Shown in pieces: positions 28,281-37,543 of a DNA stretch of 64,000 nucleotides (position 1 is its first letter; each line of letters begins with the position of its first letter). The notes below the pieces were generated by a model. The model had not been told where the DNA came from. It ran no database searches and saw only the letters and a program-made list of their open reading frames with translations. The position numbers and the translations under genes were made by a program. The DNA is from an uncultured Acidimicrobiia bacterium (GTDB lineage Bacteria > Actinomycetota > Acidimicrobiia > Spongiisociales > Spongiisociaceae), in contig OY282370.1 in assembly GCA_958295745.1 (NCBI GenBank), positions 2,441,058 to 2,505,057 of the forward strand, read 5' to 3'.

Positions 28281-29353
28281 CAGGCGCCTCCGGGCGGATC
28301 CCCGGGGATGCTGAGGATGCGGGCCGGGTTGCCGACCATCAGCTGCTCCACCTCGGCGCTTCCCCAGCCCGCGTCGCGGAACAGCGGAACGACATGGGTG
28401 AGGGTGTGGGCGTATCCCCAGCCGCCGTAGGCGAGCAGGCGGGTCTTGACGCCGCCCATGTCCTGGGAGACCAGCAGCTGCTCTATGTAGCCCTGTTCGG
28501 CCAGCCCCGCCAGACCGGCCACGATGTCGAAGTCGCTGGGCGGGTACTTGCCCAGGCCGATCAGGGAATGGTCGAAGCCCATCAAGTCGTAGGCCAGGTT
28601 GGCCCCCCTCCCCAGCAGCTCCATCTGGTAGGGCTCGTCGAATATGGCCGTGTTCATGTGCCCCAGCACCACCCGGCCCGGATCGACCCCTTCCGCTTCG
28701 AGGGCGTCCAGCACCTTCACCCCCTCGAAACCCCACGGGTGGAGATGGATGCTGATGGGAACGCCGGTCTCCAGGTGGGCCCGCGCCGCGGCCCTGACCA
28801 TCCGCATCTCCTCGGGATGCACCGGGTCATAGGTTCCGATCTCGCCGTATACGCCGGGCCGTATCCCGGTGCCGCCCACCCCGTTGCGCCACTCGTCCAC
28901 CAGCTCGCGGACGATATCTTCGGTGGGCCGCTCGGCGGTGCCCGGCGGGTGGCTCGAAGCCAGGTAGTAGCCCCCGCCCATGACGACATGGATCCCGCTC
29001 CGTTCCGAGATGTCTCGCAGGATCAGGGGATCCCGCGACATGTGGCTGGGGGTCACCTCGACGATGGTGCGGCCTCCGGCGGCGTGGAAGGGCGCCAGCT
29101 CCTCCAGCACCTGCTCCACGTCGGTCTGGTGGTAGTTGTCGGGGAACCCTCCCGGATTCCACCGGGCTTCGGCGGCGGTTTGGATGGTGAGGGGCGCATC
29201 GGAGACGACCGGGTAGCCGTGGATGCCGAGGATCGGGCGGCAGTCCACGTACAGGTGCTCGTGGATATGGGTGGGGCCCAGCTCCGACACCGGAACCGGA
29301 CCCCGCACGGTCATCGCCCAGGGGCCGCCGCCGCTTCCGCTTCCCGCCGTCAT
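28280..29353 (-). CDS. Phosphotriesterase-like (PTE family) hydrolase
   Basis: TVRGPV..LGPTHIHEH, GEIG, ISIH, GH and LLVSQD motifs. Confidence 0.9.
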   Translation of the reverse strand: MTAGSGSGGGPWAMTVRGPVPVSELGPTHIHEHLYVDCRPILGIHGYPVVSDAPLTIQTAAEARWNPGGFPDNYHQTDVEQVLEELAPFHAAGGRTIVEVTPSHMSRDPLILRDISERSGIHVVMGGGYYLASSHPPGTAERPTEDIVRELVDEWRNGVGGTGIRPGVYGEIGTYDPVHPEEMRMVRAAARAHLETGVPISIHLHPWGFEGVKVLDALEAEGVDPGRVVLGHMNTAIFDEPYQMELLGRGANLAYDLMGFDHSLIGLGKYPPSDFDIVAGLAGLAEQGYIEQLLVSQDMGGVKTRLLAYGGWGYAHTLTHVVPLFRDAGWGSAEVEQLMVGNPARILSIPGDPPGGA

Positions 29354-29366
29354 CGGCTCTTCCCCG

Positions 29367-31634
29367 TCATGCTCTGGCGCCCGGCATCTCGAAAGGCGCC
29401 GGGTCGAGGAACCGGCGCAGCACGTTGCGGCTGACCGCCGCCGTGTTGTTGTCGTAACCGTTGTAGCTCAGGCTGCCCGACCAGGCGATCGACCCCACCG
29501 AGAACACCGCCCCCCCGCCCGGAGTCTCGAAGAACAGCATGTCGGCCCGGATACGGTCGGGCGCCTCCGGGTCGGTCACCGGCAGGGTGTCCTCCAGCGC
29601 GCCCACCATCAGGTCGTAGAGGTTGGAATGGTTCTCGGACGAAGCCACCACCAGCGCATGGGCCGGGGTGCCGAGGCCGGCGTCGGTCCGGTCGATCTCG
29701 TATCCGGCCGCCCCGTTCTGCAGCAGCCCGAAGCCGCCGATGATCTCGTCGTCCACCCCCTCGAAGATGAACGAGGCCCGCTCATCCCGGCTCGCTTCGG
29801 TCCTCCGGTAGTAGGAGCACTCGTCGAATCCCTGGGTTACGAAGCCCACCCCGGTGATCATCTGCGGGGCGCGGCCCAGGCCGATCCAGGTCCCGCCCGC
29901 CTCGCCGGTGAAGCTGTGATGCCCCTGGCTGACATCGGATATCCAGAGCCGGGGCAGGTCGGTCCGGCGCACCTCGCCCACACCGGGGCGGCGGGGGTGG
30001 TAGGCGAAGCGGTGCCAGAACCCGTTCCCGCCTATGTACATGAGCCGCCCGCCCCCCCGCAGGTAGGACTCCACGGCGTCGAAGATGCCGGTGCTGATGT
30101 ATTCCGGGTGGGAGGAGGTGATCACCGTCCGATAGGGGGCGACGGCCTCCGCCCCGAGCCGGTCCAGGTCATCGTCGGTGATGACGTCGAACGGAACCCC
30201 TTCGGCTTCCAGCCAGGCAACGATCAGCAGGTCCTGGCAGAACTTGTAGATGCGGCCCTTGGGTCGGAAGTTGGTCACCGGCCGGTGCATGGACGAGTAG
30301 ACCACCGTGCTGCCGTCGGTGTGGCTGTCGTAGGTGGACCGTCCGATCTCGGGGAAGCGGAGCATCAGCAGGTCGGTGTCGTCCAGGACCGTCAGCCTCC
30401 CGTGGATCAGCTCGTTCCACTGGCTGGTGAGCCGGATCCGCAGGTTGGCGTAGGCGCAGTAGGTGGCGGTCGGAAGCAGGAACACCACCTCCGCGGTGGG
30501 GCCGTCGGCGGGGGGCAGCACCGCGAACGGGGTGTAGAACTCGGCCCCGCCGGCCCGGAACCGCCCGGCGTAGCAGCCGCTGGGCCAGTCGTCGGGCACT
30601 TCCAAGGTGAGGCTGGTGTCCCATCCGGCGTCCGACAGGTCGTCTTCGTGGAAGTGGATGGCGCCGTACTCCTCGGGTCGCTCCCGCCAGTCCTTGGCGC
30701 CGCCCGACCAGTTGGAACCCCCGACCCCACGGGTGGGCAGGTTCCTGGTCCGTCCGTCCCAGCCGTTGCCGGATGCGTCCGCCGCGTCCTCGCCGTCGAT
30801 GCCGATTGAGAAGTCCCAGTCGGCCAGGGCCCCCTCCGCCGGGGCGGCCGGGCCCCGCCCGAAGAGGTCCGCCGCCTCGGTCCGGTCGAGAACCCGGTCG
30901 AACATCCGGACCCGCTCGATTCGTCCGTTGAAACATGAGGTCGGATGGGCGCGCCCTTCCCCGTCCGTTGCGATCCGGGCGCCCATCGAGATCGGGCCCG
31001 GCCCGAGAACGGGGGCCCGCCCGGCCGCCAGCTCGTCGTGCTCCCGCCGCGGGGCCTCGAGCAGGTTGGAAGGAATCGAGGCGGCGTGGAAGCGCACCGC
31101 CCCGTCGGGGGCGCAGCTCACGGCGACCGAGGTCCAGCGGTTTTCCTCGAGAGCGATCCGGCTGTGGAAGGTTCCGGCGCCGCCGCCCTCGTCCGTTCCC
31201 GCCCCCAGTGTCACACCCAGCCGCCCGTTCCCATCTATGAACAGGGCGATCCCCGACTCCGTGCGGTCGTCGAAGGCGCTGAAGAGGGTCTGGCGCCCCG
31301 ATTCCAGACGGGTGGGGTACACGTTGAGGCAGACGGTGAACCCTCGGGGCAGCTCTGTTCCGCCCCGGCCCGGTATCAGAACGTAGGAGCCGGGATAGAT
31401 CGGTTGGTAGACGGCCGGGTGCTCGCCGCCGACCGGGGTGTCGAGCTCCACCTCGCGGAAGGAGGGAGTGTGAGGCCCCGGCCCCACCGCCGGGCTCAGC
31501 AGGCGCACGATGTCGGCCCGGTAGTCGTCGGCGCCTATGCAGGACACCTTGAAGTCGATGGTCCCGCCCGGCCGGACGCTCTGGCGGTCGGCATAAGCCA
31601 TGACGGCGGCTTCCGAGTTTGCCAGGTTCCACAT
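29367..31634 (-). CDS. dmfA2: N,N-dimethylformamidase large subunit-like protein
   Basis: YGAIHFHEDDL, LPTATYCAYAN, STYDSHTDG, HPEY, YIGGNGF, AAGYEID and GAVFSVGSIAW motifs; LamG-like N-terminal part. Confidence 0.85.
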   Translation of the reverse strand: MWNLANSEAAVMAYADRQSVRPGGTIDFKVSCIGADDYRADIVRLLSPAVGPGPHTPSFREVELDTPVGGEHPAVYQPIYPGSYVLIPGRGGTELPRGFTVCLNVYPTRLESGRQTLFSAFDDRTESGIALFIDGNGRLGVTLGAGTDEGGGAGTFHSRIALEENRWTSVAVSCAPDGAVRFHAASIPSNLLEAPRREHDELAAGRAPVLGPGPISMGARIATDGEGRAHPTSCFNGRIERVRMFDRVLDRTEAADLFGRGPAAPAEGALADWDFSIGIDGEDAADASGNGWDGRTRNLPTRGVGGSNWSGGAKDWRERPEEYGAIHFHEDDLSDAGWDTSLTLEVPDDWPSGCYAGRFRAGGAEFYTPFAVLPPADGPTAEVVFLLPTATYCAYANLRIRLTSQWNELIHGRLTVLDDTDLLMLRFPEIGRSTYDSHTDGSTVVYSSMHRPVTNFRPKGRIYKFCQDLLIVAWLEAEGVPFDVITDDDLDRLGAEAVAPYRTVITSSHPEYISTGIFDAVESYLRGGGRLMYIGGNGFWHRFAYHPRRPGVGEVRRTDLPRLWISDVSQGHHSFTGEAGGTWIGLGRAPQMITGVGFVTQGFDECSYYRRTEASRDERASFIFEGVDDEIIGGFGLLQNGAAGYEIDRTDAGLGTPAHALVVASSENHSNLYDLMVGALEDTLPVTDPEAPDRIRADMLFFETPGGGAVFSVGSIAWSGSLSYNGYDNNTAAVSRNVLRRFLDPAPFEMPGARA

Positions 31635-31635
31635 T

Positions 31636-31986
31636 TCAGGAAGCCTCGGGCTCGGCGCCGAACAGATCGGCCCACCGCCGGTCGAAGACGTACCGTTCCG
31701 CCTCCTCTATATCGTCGAACACCGGCGCATCCGGGATGGCCTGCGGGGTCAAAGGAGGCGAGTCCGAGAACCGGGCCAGCACCCATCTGGAATGATCGTC
31801 GGCCAGCCAGAGGAAGTACTTGCCGTGGATCGGCCCTCCCCGCATGTGATCGAGCAGGGCCTGCAGGTCGGGGGAGTGCCGTCCGAAGGGTCTCTCCCGG
31901 AACTCGGCCGCGAGATCGGTCCGGTGGGCGCCGATGCCGGGGGGCAGCCTCCCGGCGGCGTCGGAGGCGGTGCGTATCTTCGTCAT
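31636..31986 (-). CDS. dmfA1: N,N-dimethylformamidase small subunit-like protein
   Basis: EFRERPFGRHSPDLQALLDHMR..GKY and EEAERYVFDRRW; directly upstream of the large subunit. Confidence 0.75.
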   Translation of the reverse strand: MTKIRTASDAAGRLPPGIGAHRTDLAAEFRERPFGRHSPDLQALLDHMRGGPIHGKYFLWLADDHSRWVLARFSDSPPLTPQAIPDAPVFDDIEEAERYVFDRRWADLFGAEPEAS

Positions 31987-32211
31987 GGCGCGAAGTCTAT
32001 ACAGGGGCGAATCCGTCTGGCTGTTGCGGGCATCCGGGTTGCTCTCCTACAAGGTCGATAGAAGTCGTTTTAGACAGGGCCGATTCCTTCGGCTATTGCG
32101 AGGGCTTGCGCAGGTCGGTAGTATTGGCGGTCACGGCGCTATGGGAACCCTTGGTCTGCGGTCCAGCGGATCGCCGCCGTGGACGTTTTGCAACAAAGAG
32201 GAGGACCTCGA

Positions 32212-33366
32212 ATGAAGACGAGTACCCGTTGGCTGCGCCGGACGTGCCTGATGGCGTTGGCGGCGCTGGTGTTCGCCGCCTGCGGCGGTGATTCGGGCGA
32301 CGACACCACCACTATGGCGCCGGCCACCACCATGGCGCCGACCACCCTGCCCCCCACCACCCAGGCCGCCACGACCATGGCCCCCGATGAGGACATGGAA
32401 ATGGAAGAGGAAATGGACATGGACTACCCCACGGCCGTGTCGCTCGAAGGTTACGAAGCGGTGGCCCGCCCCGCAACGCAGCGGTGGAAGATCGGTTACG
32501 GCGACGGCCTGTCGGGCATCCCCTTCACCGACTCGGTTACCGACAGCATCAACGAAGTGGCCGACGCGATGGGCGTCGATATCGTCTACTGCGACAACGC
32601 GTACGATCAGGAGAAGACGGTCCAGTGCGCCGAGCTGATCGTGTCCCAGGGTTCCGACGGGGTGATCTTCGCCAACTGGATCGCCGGCACAGAGGATCTG
32701 ATCACAAGCATCTTCCTCGACGCGGGCCTGTCTTGCGTGGCCTACGACGGCCCCCATCCGGGTTGTGTGGCGTTCGGCCCCGACAACTACGAGGCTTCCC
32801 GCGAGGCGGGCCGCTTCCTGGGCCGGTTCGCCGTGGAGCAGGGTTGGGATCCGGCCGAGACCGAGCTGATCGTCATCTGGACGCCGGGCGTGCAGGTGAT
32901 GGCGGACCGCAGGGAAGGTTCCATCGCCGGAGTGAAGGAGGTATTCGACATTCCGGATGACAACATCCACATCGACATACCGCACGAGGCGGCGGATGAC
33001 GTATTGCCCAACGTAACCTCTTGGATCACGGCCAATCCGGGCGCCAAGAACGTGCTCTGCTTCGGCCACAGCGACCAGCCGGGCGTGGATTGCGCGGTGG
33101 CGTTGGAAAGCGGGGGGTTCCTGGGCCGGGCGGCGGCGGCCAGCCTGGGCGCTTCCGACGAGGCGCTGGTCGATCTTCGGACCCGCACCGACGAGGAGTC
33201 CGTCTTCAAGGCCACCATCTCGTACTTCCCCGAGCGCTACGGCGAGTACCTGGTTCCGATAGTGGTCGACATGCTGGAAGGCCGCGCGGATGAGATGCCC
33301 GAGAGGATCATTCCGGCCGTGGAGCCGGTTACCCGCGCCAACGTCATGGAGCTCTACCCCGGCTGA
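32212..33366 (+). CDS. Sugar-type ABC transporter substrate-binding lipoprotein
   Basis: FAAC lipobox, Thr/Met-rich linker, YFPERYG; GAGGAGG RBS. Confidence 0.9.
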   Translation: MKTSTRWLRRTCLMALAALVFAACGGDSGDDTTTMAPATTMAPTTLPPTTQAATTMAPDEDMEMEEEMDMDYPTAVSLEGYEAVARPATQRWKIGYGDGLSGIPFTDSVTDSINEVADAMGVDIVYCDNAYDQEKTVQCAELIVSQGSDGVIFANWIAGTEDLITSIFLDAGLSCVAYDGPHPGCVAFGPDNYEASREAGRFLGRFAVEQGWDPAETELIVIWTPGVQVMADRREGSIAGVKEVFDIPDDNIHIDIPHEAADDVLPNVTSWITANPGAKNVLCFGHSDQPGVDCAVALESGGFLGRAAAASLGASDEALVDLRTRTDEESVFKATISYFPERYGEYLVPIVVDMLEGRADEMPERIIPAVEPVTRANVMELYPG

Positions 33367-33468
33367 TCGGCCGGCTCAGGTTCGCACCTTCGGGGTTCGG
33401 AATCGTCCACCGGTTCCGGGCCCCGAAGGAACACTCGGGGTAATATGCCGAATCCCGTTCGGAGGGTG

Positions 33469-34239
33469 ATGACCGAAACCAAGCAGCCGTTGCTCACCAT
33501 GAGGAATGTGTCGAAGGCCTTCGGCCATGTCCAGGCGCTGATCGACGTCGACCTCGACGTGGCGCCCGGCGAGGTCATGGGCCTGCTGGGCGACAACGGG
33601 GCCGGCAAGTCCACCCTCATCAAGATACTCTCCGGCGTCTACCACGCCGACGAGGGGGAGTTCACCCGCGACGGCGCCCCCGCCGCGATCGCCGGCCCGG
33701 GTGACGCCCAAGCCTTGGGCATCGCCACCGTGTATCAGGATCTGGCGCTCGTGGAGACGCGGGCGGTGGCCCACAACATATACCTGGGGCGCGAGCCGCG
33801 CCGGTGGGGGATGCTCAGCCGCCGCAAGATGGAGAAGGACGCCGAGACCCTGCTGAAGAACCTGAACATAAACCTGCCGTCCGTCAAGGTGGATGTCGAG
33901 GTCCTCTCCGGAGGGCAGCGGCAGGCGGTGGCCATCTCGCGCGCCTTGGCCCAGGGCGGGGATATCCTGCTGCTCGACGAACCCACCGCCGCGCTGGGCG
34001 TCGAGCAGACCGAGCAGGTACATCATCTGGTGGGCAGCATGAGGGACCAGGGCAAGTCGATCATCCTGATAACCCACGACCTCAGCGACGTGCTCAAGGT
34101 GGCCGACCGGATCGTGGTGCTGCGCCAGGGCCGCCTGTGGGCCGACGCCCGGGCCGCGGACATCGACATCAACCAGATCATCGGCTGGATAACCGGCGCC
34201 CTGCCCTCCCGGTTCGGGGCGAAGGAGGCGCAGGCATGA
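33469..34239 (+). CDS. Sugar ABC transporter ATP-binding protein (single domain)
   Basis: GDNGAGKS, LSGGQRQ and LLDEPTAALG motifs. Confidence 0.93.
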   Translation: MTETKQPLLTMRNVSKAFGHVQALIDVDLDVAPGEVMGLLGDNGAGKSTLIKILSGVYHADEGEFTRDGAPAAIAGPGDAQALGIATVYQDLALVETRAVAHNIYLGREPRRWGMLSRRKMEKDAETLLKNLNINLPSVKVDVEVLSGGQRQAVAISRALAQGGDILLLDEPTAALGVEQTEQVHHLVGSMRDQGKSIILITHDLSDVLKVADRIVVLRQGRLWADARAADIDINQIIGWITGALPSRFGAKEAQA

Positions 34240-35225
34240 CCACCAGGCCCGCCTTGTTCAGGGACCCAGCAGCCTTCTTGACGGGCTTTTTCAAGAACCG
34301 GGATTGGACCATCCCCGGCCTGATACTGACGCTGATCCTGCTGATGGTCTTCTTCGGCGCCCAGTCCGAGTTCTTCTGGTCGGTCAGCAACTTCCTGAAC
34401 ATCGGACGGTCGATATCTATCAGGGGCGTCATCGCCATCGGGTTGACGATCGTGCTCATAAGCGGCGGGCTCGACCTGTCGATCGCGGCGGTGGCGGCCG
34501 TGGCGGGCATGGTGGCCGCCATGCTCATCGACGCAGGCATGAACGGTATCCCGGCGGGGCTGATCGGCTTGGCCGCCGCCATGGTTCTGGGCGCCGTCAA
34601 CGGTTCGGTCGTCGTCAGGCTCCGCATCAACCCCATCATCGCCACCCTGGCCACCCTGCTGCTCTTCCGGGGGATGGCCTACGTGGTGAGCGGCGGCGAC
34701 AACATCGTCATCGGCGTCAACACCTGGGCGTTTCTCGGGCGGGGGAACCTGTTCGGGGTGCCCGTAGCCCTGCTGGTCATGCTGGGCATCATGGCCGCCG
34801 GCATCCTCTTCATGCGCTACTCGGTCCTCGGCAACTACCTCTATGCCATCGGCGGCAACTCCGAGGCCTGCCGCAACGTGGGGGTGAAGGTCGACCGCAT
34901 CCGCTTCGGCACCTACATGGGGACGGCCCTCCTGTCGGGAATCGCCGGCGTCATCCTCATGTCCCAGGGAGGCACCGCGCAGCCCAGCGCCCTGAACGGC
35001 GCCGAGCTGGACATCTTCACCTCCGTGCTGCTGGGCGGGGTGGCCCTGACCGGCGGGCGGGGCAGCCTGTTCGGCACCCTGCTGGGGCTGTTCATCGTCG
35101 GCGTCATCACCAACGGGTTCATCCTCATCGGCCTCCAGATCTACTGGCAGGACGTCGCCCGGGGCGTGATCCTGATCGTTGCCGTGGCGCTGGACAGTCT
35201 CCGCCGCGGCGGCGGCTATCGCTGA
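34236..35225 (+). CDS. Sugar ABC transporter permease
   Basis: TM-rich, GGLDLS, YAIGGN, LLGGVALTGGRG; ATGA overlap. Confidence 0.92.
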   Translation: MTTRPALFRDPAAFLTGFFKNRDWTIPGLILTLILLMVFFGAQSEFFWSVSNFLNIGRSISIRGVIAIGLTIVLISGGLDLSIAAVAAVAGMVAAMLIDAGMNGIPAGLIGLAAAMVLGAVNGSVVVRLRINPIIATLATLLLFRGMAYVVSGGDNIVIGVNTWAFLGRGNLFGVPVALLVMLGIMAAGILFMRYSVLGNYLYAIGGNSEACRNVGVKVDRIRFGTYMGTALLSGIAGVILMSQGGTAQPSALNGAELDIFTSVLLGGVALTGGRGSLFGTLLGLFIVGVITNGFILIGLQIYWQDVARGVILIVAVALDSLRRGGGYR

Positions 35226-35269
35226 CTTCGCGGGCGCCGGTCGGCGTCCTCGCGCTCGGTGAACGACCC

Positions 35270-36532
35270 TTGCCGGTTGCGGCTGACCGGGCGGGCATCC
35301 CGGAGATCGAGGAGGCCCTCGGAGCGGCGGACTTCCAGGACCGCATGCACGAGATATACGCCGAGCTGCGGGGGCGGGCGCCGGTCTACTGGAGCCCTTC
35401 GCTCGGGTACTGGCTGGTCACCTCCTATACGCTGATCGAGGAGGTGCTGCATAACCCGGGCGGCTTCTCCAGCCACGGGGCCACCGGCGCCTATATCGAA
35501 CGGCTTCCCCGGGAGGTGCTCGACTCCCTGCGGGTCATGCGGCATCACTTTCGACAGCCCGGCCTGATCCACTCCGACGGTGCCCGCCACACCGCCCTGC
35601 GCCGGGCGGTGAACCCCGCTTTCACGCCCGGGGCCTTGGCCCCCCTGGCGGACGACATCCGCCGCCAAGCCGCCCGCCTGCTGGAACCCGCGCAGCGGGC
35701 GGGGGAGAGGTTCGATGTCGTTGCGGTGCTGGCGGAACCCTTGCCCGTCCTGGTGATCGCCGATGTGCTCGGGGTACCTTCGAATGCCCTCGACCGCTTC
35801 CCCCGCTGGTCGATGCAGCTGGCCCGGTTCTTCACCGGCCCCCGCCCCGATCCCGCCGTTGCCCGCGACCTCGACGACGCCCTGGTCGAGTGGCGCGGGT
35901 TCGTCGCCGACCTGATCGATCAGCGCACCTCGGAACCCCGGGACGACTTCGTCAGCCTGGCTGCGGACGCCGTAACCGACGGGAGGATGACCCGCGAGGA
36001 TGCTATAGCGATCATCGTGCACGCCCTCCAGGCGGGGCACGAGACCACTACCAACCTGATCGGCGCCGCCATATATTTGCTGCTCCGCCATCCCGACCAG
36101 CTGGCGTTGGCCAGGTCGTCGCCCGAGATGCTGGCCTGCGCCGTGGAGGAGGCGCTGCGCTGCGAGCCGGTGGCGCTGAACGCCCGCCGCACCGCTATGC
36201 GCGACCTGGTGCTCGGCGGGCAGTCCATCTCGGCCGGCGACACGGTGGTGGTGAACTTCGCCGCCGCCCACCGTGATCCGGCCCGATACTCCGATCCCGA
36301 GCGCTTCGACATCACCCGCGGCGCGGCGCGAGGCGGCCACCTGGGTTTCGGGCGGGGCGTACATTTCTGCCTGGGCGCTCCGCTGGCCCGCCTCGAGGCG
36401 CCGATCGCGCTGGACGAGTTCTTCCGGCGGTTCCCTCATGCCTCCCTCTGCGATCCGGCCCCGCAGTGGAAGGCCCCCCGCGACCAGCGAGGCTTGAAGG
36501 AGCTGTGGATCATCCCGGACGGGCGGCCCTGA
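35270..36532 (+). CDS. Cytochrome P450
   Basis: AGHETT, EALR and FGRGVHFCLG motifs; start codon uncertain. Confidence 0.92.
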   Translation: MPVAADRAGIPEIEEALGAADFQDRMHEIYAELRGRAPVYWSPSLGYWLVTSYTLIEEVLHNPGGFSSHGATGAYIERLPREVLDSLRVMRHHFRQPGLIHSDGARHTALRRAVNPAFTPGALAPLADDIRRQAARLLEPAQRAGERFDVVAVLAEPLPVLVIADVLGVPSNALDRFPRWSMQLARFFTGPRPDPAVARDLDDALVEWRGFVADLIDQRTSEPRDDFVSLAADAVTDGRMTREDAIAIIVHALQAGHETTTNLIGAAIYLLLRHPDQLALARSSPEMLACAVEEALRCEPVALNARRTAMRDLVLGGQSISAGDTVVVNFAAAHRDPARYSDPERFDITRGAARGGHLGFGRGVHFCLGAPLARLEAPIALDEFFRRFPHASLCDPAPQWKAPRDQRGLKELWIIPDGRP

Positions 36533-36533
36533 C

Positions 36534-36767
36534 ATGCCCGCCGAAACCGTCAGCGGCCCCGGCCCGGCGCGTTACAGGCTGTGGATAGACGAGGAGTGCA
36601 TAGGAGTCGCCCAGTGCGTGCTGACCGACCCCGACCTGTTCGCCCTAGACAACGCCGGATACGGCAAAGTCCTAGTGGCCGAGATCGGCCCGGAGAAGCT
36701 CCCGGCGGCCCGAACCGCGGTAGGCAACTGCCCGCTCGGCGCCGTCCACCTAGACGAAGTGGAGTGA
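36534..36767 (+). CDS. Ferredoxin (3Fe-4S type) partnering the P450
   Basis: CIGVAQC...CPLGA; directly downstream of the P450. Confidence 0.88.
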   Translation: MPAETVSGPGPARYRLWIDEECIGVAQCVLTDPDLFALDNAGYGKVLVAEIGPEKLPAARTAVGNCPLGAVHLDEVE

Positions 36768-37083
36768 CTCGGAACCGTTCGTCCTACGCGTGTCCCGCGC
36801 AGACGGTACAGTAGAAAGGCCCCCGGAGCCTCACAGCCGGATTCATGAGCCGACAAGTACCCTCGGATACCCGGTACACTGATGGCGATCCGGACGAAAG
36901 GGGAGAATGACGATACTGATTGCGTTGATGATATTTGGTTTCTCGTTGTATCTGTTAGGAACCGTCTTCGGAGAAGATGATTGAACCCCATCGCATCCAG
37001 ACCTTGACATAGAGAAGAACCGCTTGGGTTCGCTCGGTCTGAGGGTGTACCCAAGCGACTGCCGATTGATGGCTATCCTAAAG

Positions 37084-37542
37084 TTATCTACTACATAAAT
37101 CAGTTCTGTTCAAGAGCCTTTTATGAGCATTACTGTAGCCATCGTGTTTCAGGGTAGAGTAAATATATCCAACAGGGTTTATTAATTCTTTGTCCTTAAA
37201 GTCTTCGCGTAAATCTTCATCGTTGGAGTAGAGTAAACGTGCACCGCTGAGTTGAGCTAGGGCAATAACATGTGGATCGTTTGATCTACATATCCCTCGT
37301 TGTTTGAGAGAATCAGAAAGCTCATTAACTATGCCGTCATTGATAGATATTACCCTTCCGAATGATAGAGCTCTTCGTAACCATATTCGTGCTCTAGTCT
37401 TATAAAGTTCGTCACTAAGCTCACCCCCGATTACTATCTTCAATTTTCCAGTGTTGATCCGGTCAAAGAATTTCTCGCCAGCTTTTGGTCGTCTATCCCC
37501 AAATATCTCAGGGACGACGTTGGTATCTATTATCGCACACAT
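37084..37542 (-). CDS. PIN-domain protein
   Basis: IIDTN, SNDPHVIALA and LYSNDEDL acidic PIN motifs; low GC. Confidence 0.8.
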   Translation of the reverse strand: MCAIIDTNVVPEIFGDRRPKAGEKFFDRINTGKLKIVIGGELSDELYKTRARIWLRRALSFGRVISINDGIVNELSDSLKQRGICRSNDPHVIALAQLSGARLLYSNDEDLREDFKDKELINPVGYIYSTLKHDGYSNAHKRLLNRTDLCSR

Positions 37543-37543
37543 T

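Noticed and set aside
34304-35269. Long N-terminal extension of the P450 ORF
   Set aside because: Overlaps the permease in another frame; low-complexity Arg/Gly/His translation.
36780-37080. Gene or att site at the left edge of the defence island
   Set aside because: No convincing ORF, tRNA or flanking direct repeat seen.
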